Assembly: GCA_028534125.1 (NCBI GenBank)
Contig: CM052817.1
Location: forward strand, 19,284,001 to 19,348,000
Direction: 5' to 3'
Length of the DNA stretch: 64,000 bases
From: Lama glama
Lineage: Eukaryota
In this document: positions 12,101 through 22,875 of the stretch, piece after piece
Layout: each line of letters opens with the position of its first letter
How positions within the stretch are numbered: position 1 is the first letter of the stretch
Notes under the pieces: model-generated
What the model saw: the letters and a program-made list of their open reading frames with translations, nothing else
The model's database searches: none
Told to the model about the DNA's origin: nothing
Program-made: the position numbers and the translations under genes

Positions 12101-14399
12101 CTATTCAAGGAAGCAAATTCACATGACTGACGTTTTTCGAGACCCAGGTGACCGACTAAACTATAGACTGGTAGAAGCAGCAGAAACATGTTTATAACTT
12201 CTGACCCCTGTAATTCTACAGAGCTGAACCTAAGACTCCTTTTAAATTAGGGACAATTGGATGACAGTGCGCACTGCGGTGGGGAATGCAGAGTGCGGTA
12301 AGACACATCAATCAGCTCACCTATGAGCAACAGAAATTGAGAACTTGGAGAGTCAATGAGCTTTTTAGGTTTAATGGGACAAATGTAATTAACTGAATAG
12401 TAAGTCTTCTTTCCCACAGGACTGCAGTGGAAATTGGCCTTTGACAGAATAGCATAATTCAGTCAATAATCACATTGAAGTGGTGAGTATAATTCAAAAA
12501 ATGAAGGCTGCAGTGAGATGTATCAGAGAATGTATTCTCCTGAAGACTGACTCATTTTCTTGGCCTGAGCATTATTAAGTAATTTTTTTTATAATTTACA
12601 AAATTCTTCAACTTGGGAATTACAGATTTTTGAAGGTCTTAGGTAGGCATAAGCCTCATAATGAAATACAACGTTTTCAAGGTCAGGAAGGAAATCTGTG
12701 CTCCAGGATGACCCACTTCCAAGCTGTATTTTAAATCAAAGAAAAAAAAAATGAAATAGCAAATGTAACTTGAATAAAGAGTTAGGACTTTTAATCACTG
12801 AAAACTCAAATTTTACTTAGTTAATTAGCAACTGGCACATCAAATGATATATGATGCCAATAGTACAAAACAGAACATTAAAAAATAACTATGAGTAGGT
12901 AGGAAAAGCTTTTTAAGTAAATAAAGAACAGTGAAATTCTGCAATTGGATTGTGGTTCAAAACATGTCAATTTAATCTAGCTTCAGCAGAAAATTATGTC
13001 AATTATTCAAGAATGATAATCATCAGTGGACATTTCTTGTATTTCCACGACTAAAGCCTCCAACTGGCAATTAAACGAAGAGGAAAGAATTAATGTGAAA
13101 TGTAATATTTCACTACTGGCTCAACATTTGTTGAGTTCAAGGTCCATAAATAAGAAAATCTATTTCTTATAACTTTTTAACTTTGCAAACTTGATTTGTT
13201 GCTCTTTATGTACATGATTGAAATTCTTAGCAATTAAGAACATTAAAAAGAAAAAAAAAACTTTGTTAGGTACAAAGTCAAAGATAATCTGAATTCCTTA
13301 AGATCTTGTGTATTCTGGTCTTGCCAGCCTTTCATCCACAAGGCAATGCTGCATATGCAAAAATTGGAAAGAAAAATAAAAGGTAAAAAAGCAGATGGGA
13401 AAGCAACTAGGTTGTGCTAAACTAGGCATTTGGGGGAAGCTAGCAGCCATAGGTGGACCAAAAACTACAGAAAAAAACAAAAGGCCAACTGACAGAAATC
13501 ATGCCCCTAGAACATATGGCACCTGCCTTCATAGTTGAAACAAAGAAAAATTGAAGACAGAACCTTAATGTTCTGGGAATTACTGAGAGCAGAGCCATGG
13601 GGTCGAGACTCATTTGCACTTTTTAAATAGGGGTATTACTTCACAAAGTCTTTCTATAACATTTTCAAAAAGCTCTGAGAACACTGCATTCTTGAAGAGG
13701 CAACCCAGTTTTTAAGTGAACTTAATTTGGTTGTGTGAAAATATGAAATTATTTTTCCTGGTATTTCTTTGGTTAACAGTCTTTGCATCCTAATTTCTTG
13801 CCACTATTTGACCAGTCAGAGCTTCTGTAGGAGTTTTAGTTATTTAAAATGAAACAAGAACCAAACATTGACTCAAGTTAAGAGTTCCAGTCACACACAC
13901 ACTCACTTATTCCTTTTCTTAGTCTATTGCTGTGTGTGTGTGTGTGTGTTTGTGAGTGATGGTGATGGATGGATGCTGCTATATATTCTTTCTCCCCTTT
14001 TCTGTCTCAGTCATCTAAGGGTAGGAGAGAATTCAGAGGTTCCCTTATGTACCTGACTGCTGATTTTACATCCTTTTTTGGCTGTTGCTTCTATTTTAGT
14101 GGACACTAAATGATCATCAATGTCATCTGCATGTCAAATATCAAACGGTGGCTCTCTGGTGGGGAGCATTTTTAGTTCTTTAGAGCCTGGCAGGGAAGTA
14201 CACTCTTCAGTCATCTTAAGTAGCTTGACCTGCTCCAAACACAGTTGCTCTAGGATCACCTCCAACCTCATTTCAGTGCTGGTTTTCATAGGGTGAGCTA
14301 ATACCCGGATATCTAGCCTGCCCAACTTCCCTACTCTTCAATTTAATAGTGCAAAGTACATGCACATTTTCAAGCCAGTCATGAAGATGCTAGCTCTGT

Positions 14400-15360
14400 T
14401 TTGTAGATAACAACCTATTGGCTATGGTAAGAGGTATGTCTAGAATAATATTCATAGAATACAACATTTTTATTACTGAAGGCAAAAAAAGAAATGAAAT
14501 ATATAGATTAGAAAGTTACAGATGATTAAGGAAAACATAAATGGTAATAAAAATAAAGTGGGACGTAAATAAATAGATTTTTTAAAGTAAGATTATCATA
14601 ATATCCAAAACCCTTCTTTGAAAAAAAATGCATGTAAATTAGATTAATGTAATCAAACAAAACAGAAAACAAGGCCTCAAACAAATGCACATTGGCATTA
14701 AAATAATTATAATAAACTGATTAACATAATATCATGCTAATAAATTTGAAATTCAAATGATATATGATTTTTAAGGTAACATTTATTTCAAAATTTAATT
14801 TCCAAGATTATTTGTCAAAAATAAGCAATCTGTTAATAATTTTTACATGAAAAATGTCAACTTTCTATACAGTGATCAAAATGAGAAAAATTTCCAGCAT
14901 TTTTTATGTTTTCATGATACTGATATTGATCCCTGACAGAGCACAACAGACAAAAAAATCTGAAACACAAGAAATCTCATTTTACTTTACATTTAAAGTG
15001 TGATGTAAATCCTAAGTTATACTTCACAAAATAGAGGAATTAAAATAATACACAAAAGAATGATACATTCTGATCTATTAGGGTTAATTCAAACAAGTTC
15101 ATGTGATGAATAATATACTTCCATATAGTTATAATTCAAGGAAGGAAAAAAATCACCCAGAAATAGACAAAAAATAATTATTAAATTCAATTTCTATTTT
15201 TATTTAAAGCAGTCTAATGACAAACAATCCATATAAAACAAAACAAAAAAATCATCAGTAATAATAAAAAAAAATTGCCTACCTTTTCTACTAACCTATA
15301 CATAAATTCTGAAATTACTGTAAGTTAAAAATATAATTATGCAAGAAAAACTTCAAGAAA
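14400..15360 (+). mobile_element. Highly degraded L1M(E) ORF2 remnant
   Basis: A-rich sense strand with residual motifs (atgctaataaatttgaaa, atacattctgatctattagggttaattc, ttaaattcaa). Confidence 0.5.
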
Positions 15361-15369
15361 ACAAAGCTG

Positions 15370-16780
15370 ATTTTCCACTTTGTCCCATATATTATATTTC
15401 TGATGCTTCTTTTTACAGTAAAAGTCCTAAAACTAGTCATTTGCACTTGATGCTGTCAATTCCTCTTTTCCCGTGCTTCTTTAATTCCATTTCAGTTAGG
15501 ATTTTGATCCAACCAGTACGCTGAAATTGCTTTCTTCAAAGTCCCAGTAACCTTTCAGTTGCTAAATGTATATAATGTTCAATCATAAAGTAGGGCGTAG
15601 ATCAAACAGGCAGCCATTCTCTTCTTGGTTTACCCTACCACGTGGCTTTCAGGACCTCATGCACTTTTGGTTTGTGTTCTGTCTCACTGGCCGCTGCTTC
15701 TCAATTTGTTTACTACCTTCTAAACTTTTCCAAACCTCTCAACATTGGGGAACTCCTGAGTTCAGTCCTCAGGCCTCAACTTATTTCTATCTGCTAATAC
15801 TCCCTTTGTGAACTTCTCTAGCTGCATGTCATTAAATATACCTGTCTGCCCACAAATCCGGAGTTTCTGTCTCCAGCTCAGATTTTTTGCTGACCTTCAG
15901 ATACTTACCTCCAACTGCTTACTTGACACTTGCTTGCCATCTCCAGATAGAATTAGCAGACTTAGATCTCAATGTTTCTCCATTCCACTCAAAGGTAGTC
16001 TTCTCATCTGAAGTGACGGCGACTCCATAATTCTAGTTGCATAGGCGAAACACCTTGAAGTCATTCTTGGCTCTGTATTCAATCCATCATGGAAATCTAT
16101 CGATTCTTTCAAATTTTAGTATGTCTAGGAACTGACCACTGCTCATAACCTCCATTGCTTATACTTCTACCCATCATTAATTTTCATTTGGCTTAGGGCA
16201 ATAATTTTCTAATAGATATGCTTCTCACTGTAATTGACCCCATTCTCTATAATTTGCTCTCTAAACAGCAGCCAGAGTTAATATCATGAATGAAACTCAA
16301 ATCATAGCCCTCCTCTGCTCTAAACTCTTTAATACAGGGGCAGGAGAGAAGGAGGCACCAACTGTTGGGTGTGAGACAAGCTCAAGTGTGTACTGTACAA
16401 CACAGGGAATATAGCCAACATTTTGTAACAACTGCAAATGGAAAGTAACCTTTAAAATTGTATTAAAATTTAAAATTTAAAAAAAAAAACTTTCTGTAAT
16501 GTTCTCCACTTCACTCAGAGTCAACATCTTAAAAGACATAAATGCCCTACATGATTCGTTTGCTCTTTTTCCTCTCTCTGGTTGTCTGATATCATTTCAT
16601 TATCCTTCACTGGATTCCAGCCACATCAATCCCTTTCATGTTCCTTAGTATCACCAGGCATATTCCAACACGCTTCCTGCTGCCTGGAAATATCCTATTT
16701 TGGATAATTCCTTCAATCGTTTCATGCCTTTGTTCAAGTCTTATTTTATTTATTTTCACAATGTTGTGCCACTTATCAAT
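15370..16780 (+). mobile_element. L2 LINE fragment (RT/3' region), interrupted by an L1 3' end
   Basis: ctgaaattgctttcttcaaagtcccagtaacctttcagttgctaaat; tccaactgcttacttgacac; cagcagccagagt; tgctgcctggaaatatcct. Confidence 0.8.
16335..16488 (+). mobile_element. Short 5'-truncated cetartiodactyl L1 3' end
   Basis: gtactgtacaacacagggaatatagccaacattttgtaacaactgcaaatggaaagtaacctttaaaattg followed by an A tail. Confidence 0.8.
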
Positions 16781-16859
16781 GTATTTCCTTTCAACTGCAA
16801 ATTCACCCTTCATAGCTGTATGTGAGAATATGGGGGTGAGCTCTTTAAATGCTTTCTCT

Positions 16860-17250
16860 TTGTCAGCTGGCACATGCTAACCATTGTCAGCAGAGGGCAC
16901 TGGAGAGCATTACAGGAGAAAGGTTTTCCTTCCTACATCCAGTATGCCACGGGGCTCCTACAGCACAAGGGACTGTTCCAGAATTTGGCTCCTATAGCAT
17001 AGGTGGCTTCCTCCAGCACCTGGTTTCTATAGCATGGTAATTTTCTCCAGCACCTGGAATCCTATGAGTACTATGGTTAGCCCAGCAGCATCCAGGAACT
17101 CCTTCTAATAGCCCCCCTCAGGAAATTGTGTTTGTGAACACCTTTCCCCAAAACCCTAAGTGGTACATTCCAGTAAGTCCCACGGCCACAGCACCTCAGT
17201 GATCTCTCTGCTATTCAGTGCATCACAGCCATGTGTTCTCAAACAATGTT
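16860..17250. mobile_element. Ancient ERVL-class LTR remnant (tentative)
   Basis: agcagagggcactggagag... with repeated ccagcacctgg units, resembling LTR33/LTR16-type elements. Confidence 0.4.
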
Positions 17251-19427
17251 TGAATTGCCATTTTGTATATTATACATTTATGGGTGTTTTCAGACTAATT
17301 ACAATTTAAAAATAACAATATTATTAAATATTTTAAATTATAGCCATGACATATTTCTGTATATCTTTTTATGTGCTTAAATTTACTTATTTATTTGCAT
17401 CACGTAAGTGCAGCACTTTCATTATGCTCACAACTGCTCTATGATCAGCCATCCTATGTATACGGGACAACACATGAAAATTTGAAATTCACAATTTCGC
17501 GAAAGCTCTGAAAAGTCTGGGATTTTTTTATAGTTTATTGTTTTGTTCACCAATTTAGCAATTGAACATTTAGCAACATGACCAGATATAAATTTAGCAA
17601 GGACAATGCATTATTTTTCAATAGATTAAATAGGAAATCAAATAAGTAGAATAAATATATTTTTAAATGCTATGACATTGAAAAAAATAATGAAATTCTA
17701 GCAATCTTGGGAAATGAAATTAGAGAGAGAGAGAGAGTCACAGAGAGGCAGACACAGAAAATTAGGCTATGGAGACAGATTACCCTGAGCATCCCCTCTG
17801 CTTTCTATTATTCTTCAGACAGTTCTTTCAGAAAGCAATGGCCCAGAGCTGAAAACTAGATTTTTGCTATTGTGATCAAAACCCAGTTGTCTGATACTGC
17901 CAATGTCTTCTGTGCTAGAAACACATTTAAATGATAATAAAGCAGCAGTACGGAAGATGTTCCAGCTCATATTCATTTGACAATGAGAAAGTATAGTATG
18001 CTTTGATTGTAATTGCTGTCAGACATTGAAATGGTTCTCCTACATGTGTTTATTCTGAATTTATTTTCTCTATAACTTATAATGATGTCACTAGCCAGTC
18101 AGCAACCAGGAAACAACAGGAAACATGTTAGGTAAATTGGAAATTTTTCATGTTGGAAATGCTAGATCTAAAAATACAGTTATGCCACAAGCTGATTTAT
18201 AGGGGTGCTTTTGGTTATTTACTGCGTTATCATGAAATAACTCTGTTGTATTTTTGTGATTTACCAAGTGCTTTATGTAAAATTCTGGGTGGTGATTTGG
18301 CACAGCTCTCTAAACAGTTTCTCTCCTCTCTGCGGCTCGTGATGCCGACACTGATTTATGATGTCAGAATGAAGATGACAAGCTTCCATATAAAACAGAT
18401 CGTTTGTGGGTAGGAATCCAGCTATGGTAGCCATGCTAGACACTGATGGGTTCTCACTGAGGAGCTAAAATGCCAACAGGCACAGCCAGAGACTGCCTGT
18501 AAAATCACTGGTCTCCACAGCTGTCAAACTCCCATCCAATCTGCCACGTGCCAAGACCACTTCTAAAGCTCACTGAACTTCCCATTCATCTTGAGAAGAG
18601 CTCTAGCCAAATTTGGAAGAAAGAAATAGGCCTATGATAGCCAATAAAGCAGTTTAGTATTCTCTTTTTTTTCTCCTTTTTATCCATGCAGTCTAAATGT
18701 TCATACAGGTAGATTTCCTAGGTTTGAAAGAGCAAGGTTATTTGATGTTATATCTTCTATTCAGTATTTGAAGGAATACATTTGGTAAATTGAGTTAGAT
18801 GTCCCACCAGCATACCTAGCAAACATCTACAATTTTGCTTATTATAATGGTAATCTTAAGTGGACAGTCAGTCAGCAAGTATCCAGTGAATGTGACCAAT
18901 CCAGGCAGGCAATGGCCTGTGGCTCATTGAAACCTGACTAATGATTGATAATAATGCTATTGTCAAGTTGGCTGTGTGACATTAGTTATCTATCATTATG
19001 TTTGCCCAAATGAAGGCACTGATGCCGTTTTAGATCTACTTATTTTTGCATCTTTAAAACATGACCAACATTAATCAATTTGCATAATTCAATTAAAATT
19101 TTTGAATGATAATAATTGTGAAGTTACCTCGGTTTGGGGTTTGTTTAAAAAGCCAATGAATCAACAAGTAAATTTTGAGAATCATTTCATTTGATACTCT
19201 GGTAACCAGCATTTTGATCTGTATCAACTTGTACACTATAAGTAGTAATATTTTTGTGACCCATGCGTCTTAGAAAATAAATGTACCCTGCAGCTTGACT
19301 TGGCCAGAAGACCCAGTCAGAATGAATCTTGAAGTTATCCTAGCTGTGTGTTTTCAGATATAGGTTAACTTATCTTGTTACAAAATTTTATAGCACATCT
19401 ACCATCAATCAAGAAATCAGAGAGAAA

Positions 19428-19436
19428 CAAGATGGC
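19428..19436 (+). promoter_or_regulatory. YY1 site of the L1 internal promoter
   Basis: CAAGATGGC 9 nt from the element's 5' end, the conserved position in mammalian L1s. Confidence 0.8.
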
Positions 19437-20762
19437 AGAGTAGAAGGACGCTTGTAGCTCACCCTCTCCCACAAATACACTAAAACTCACATCTACAGAC
19501 CTACTCAGCCAACCAGAGCACCTGCCGAACTCTGACAGAACACTGCCTCCTTCGAAAGACAAAGACGCCGAAAATCTGGTAGGAGAAAAGGAAAAAAAGA
19601 AGAAAAAGCAAAACAGTGCGGGACCAGTCCTGCAGGGAGGGAGTGGTGAAGGAGAACTGGCGCTCGTTCACTGGGTCTCCCGTCTCCAACGGACAGGCCA
19701 GTGGGGCAGAGGGGGAGACTCTGAGGCTCAGATCTTCCCTGAGCACCCCTTGACCAACAGAACTGAGTTAAACAGGCACAAAGGGTCCCCGCGACACGCA
19801 GCCCGAGACGTAAGCTGGCAGCTGGAGCTGGGACAGGCCGCCTGAGCCGGGTGGAGGACTGAGGCAGCTGCACTGAGGTAGCCCTGGGGGACTGCAGGGT
19901 GCTGCGTGCCGTGGCTGGGAGGAGATACGGAGCAGAACCACCTAGGTCCCCCATAAATTGCGATAAAAGCAAAGCAATATGGCTGGTGTGCCCTGGGGAG
20001 AGGGGCGCCGTAGCCTTTGTCTCCTCAGACCGGCACCACCATTACTGATGCTTCTTGCAAGAAGAGAAGCGGGGTGCAGCCACAGCCGCCATCTCCTCCT
20101 GTGTGCAGCGCCCAGGCCGGGGCGGGACTGAGACCTGAATCTGTACTTGGGGCTCTGCAACCTCCTAGGCAGGACTGAGACTTGTTTACAGCCCGAGGTA
20201 GATGGGATCTTTCTGCCCTGGCACCTCAGAGAACTCACACCACCAAGACAAACAAGGAGCTGAGTTTTGGCATGGAGCAGGGGTGGGGCTGGTCCAAGGT
20301 CTTCCCCAAGCCCACCTTCTGAGCTCCGACCCAAGGCGGAGCAAGCAGCTGCATAGAGCAGCGGAACGACCTGCTCCAGGAGAGGGCAGGCAGCCACCTT
20401 CCTTACTGGCAGGAACGCATCACCTGACCAAGTTGCTGGGAGGGGGCATGATCCACCCAGCTGCCTCCCCCAAGCACAGCATCTGATTGTGGCATCGGGA
20501 GGGGGAGTGACCCACCTGCCCACCGGGTAAGAGCTCAGCACTTGACCCAGTGTTGGAAGGGGGCGTGATCTGCTAGCCGACAGCCACTGGGAGCAGCACA
20601 GATGAGGGCGCCAACAGAGGGCCTCTGGAAACAGCAAGCTGAGTTCGCAAAACAGGGCAAAGACACAAGACCTCTCAATAAAATCATTAAGAGCACACCA
20701 TCTCCAGGAGAACTGAATAACTGATATTCCTTAAGCCACAGTGCCAGAGAGATAACAGCAGT

Positions 20763-21658
20763 ATGAAGAAGCAGAGGAACCACTCCCAATTAAAAGATTA
20801 AGAGAAATCCCCTGAAAGCATAATCAAGGAAATAGACATTGATGGCCTACTAGATCAAGATTTCAAAAAAAGGAGTGATCAAAGTACTGAAAGAACTAAA
20901 AGAAATAGTGTTTAGAGATGTAAAGTATGTCAAAAATGAAACAGAAGCTATCAAGAACCAAGTACAATTAGTAAACTCATTTGCTGAGATGAGAGCTGAC
21001 CTAAAGGCTGTATGAAGCAGACTAGATAATGCAGAGGAACAAATAAGTGACCTAGAAGACAGGACAACAGAAAGCACCCAATCAGAACAGCTGAGAGAAA
21101 AACAAATAAAAAACAATGAAAACAATATAAGGGACGTATGGGATAATATAGAGCGTGCCAATCTTTGCATAATAGGGCTTCCAGAAGGGGAAGAAGGACC
21201 AAAGGGGATTGAAAAGGTTTTTGAAGAAATCATGACTGAAAACTTCCCAAACCTAAAGAAGGAATCAGATATCCAAGTACAGGAGGCTCAGAGGGTCCCA
21301 AACAGGAAGAACCCAAACAGACTCACACCAAGACATATCATAATCAAGATGGCCGGAGTCAAGGATAAAGAAATGATCCTAAAGGCAGCAAGAGAAAAAC
21401 AAAGAGTGAGTTACAAGGGAACCCCCTTAAGGCTCTCAGCTGAATTCTCTACACAAACACTACAGGCCAGAAGGGAGTCGCAAGATATTTTCAAAGTCCT
21501 GAATGAAAAAAAGATGCAGCCTACGATACTCTATCCAGCAAGGCTATCCTTTAAAATAGAAGGGGAGATTAAAAAAAAACTTCACAGACAAGCAAAAACT
21601 AAAAGAGTTTAGCAACACTAAACCCATGCTAAAAGAAATATTCACAGGTCTACTCTAA
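20763..21658 (+). pseudogene. L1 ORF1p, disrupted
   Basis: ATG AAG AAG CAG AGG at 20763; coiled-coil then ENFPNL..EAQRVP..TPRHIIIK..ILKAAREK..RLSAEFS..ARRE..YPARLSF motifs. Premature stops near 20800 and 21013 and frameshifts in A-runs near 20870 and 21575. Confidence 0.9.
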
Positions 21659-22560
21659 ATAGAAAAGAAGCAGGATGCTACAAAAATGAGAAACTCATAA
21701 GTGGAAAGGATAACTGCCATGAATTACAAAAAGAATAAACACAAAACTGTAAAAGAAGACATCTAAATCATTAAGAGTGGGAGAGTGAAGCAAGGAAAGC
21801 CACTGTGGAAAACAGTATGGAGATTCTCCAAAAGACTAGGAATAGACTTACCATATGACCCAGGAATCCCACTCCTGGGCATATATCCAGAAGGAACCCT
21901 ACTTCAAAATGACACCTGCACCCCAATGTTCATGGCAGCACTATTCACAATAGCCAAGACATGGAAACAACCTAAATGTCCATCAACAGATGACTGAATA
22001 AAGAAGAGGTGGTATATTTATATGATGGAATACTATTCAGCCACAAAAACCAACAACATAACACCATTTGCAGCAACATGAATGTTCCTGGAGAATGTCA
22101 TTGTAAGTGAAGTAAGTCAGAAAGAGAAAGAAAAATACCATATGAGATCACTCATATGAGGAATCTAAAAAAAATAAATAGAATAAATACAAAACAAAAA
22201 CAGACTCATAGACATAGAATACAAACTTGTGGTTGCCAAAGGGACAGGGGGTGGGAAGGGATAGACTGGGATTTTAAAATGCAGAATAGATAAGCAGGAT
22301 TATACTGTATAGCATAGGAAAATATATACAAGATCTTGTGGTAGCTCATAGCGAAAAAAAATGTGACAATGAATGTATATATGTTCATGTATAACTGAAA
22401 AATTGTGCTCTACACTGGAATTTGACACAACATTGTAAAATGAGTATTACTCAATGAAAAAAATGTAAAAACAAAAAAGGAAAGGGGAAAAAAATTAGAA
22501 CAATGCTTATGAGGATTTAATGTGATAATTAAAGATCTATTATAATTAAAAAAAAAAAAA

Positions 22561-22875
22561 GAAAGGGGTACCTTTTCCAGAAATAAAGTCCATTTGGAAA
22601 GTAGAGATACATTCTTCCTTTTCTGGGACATCGATGCTAGTACTCCTTCCCTGGCATCAAGGCCATAACTGACTTGCTTTGTATGTGCTGATCTGCCTTT
22701 TTTGAAATCTTGAATGAATGTACCTCTTTTATATTTGACTTTCGATGTTTTTTTTTCTGACAAGATACAAAACTGTGCTGAAAACCATGCTTCTCTGGAG
22801 CAGTTCCTCAGCTATCTGAGAGGCTGTCTCCTGGGGTATAGTGGCTCAAATAAAATTCTCCTCTATTCTTCTTAT
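22561..22875 (+). mobile_element. ERV LTR U3-R fragment carried as a 3' transduction
   Basis: tggagcagttcctcagctatctgagaggctgtctcctgggg...ctcAATAAA(22849-22854)attctc resembles an ERV1-type R region. It ends in a poly(A) at 22876 rather than continuing into U5. Confidence 0.6.

Larger units (their letters stand above)
19420..22494 (+). mobile_element. LINE-1 with complete 5'UTR and ORF1 but almost all of ORF2 deleted (~3.0 kb)
   Basis: The 5' end gagagaaaCAAGATGGC carries the YY1 site, followed by a CpG-rich 5'UTR to ~20760, ORF1 and the inter-ORF spacer. At ~21799 the sequence jumps directly to the ORF2 C-terminus PLWKTVWRF...YDPGIPLLGIYP, then the 3'UTR and an A-rich tail. Confidence 0.95.

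Noticed and set aside
19942..20637. 231-aa antisense ORF in the L1 5'UTR as an ORF0 analogue
   Set aside because: It starts at TTG, lies in GC-rich sequence where stops are rare, and has no recognisable motif. It cannot be supported without showing conservation across copies.
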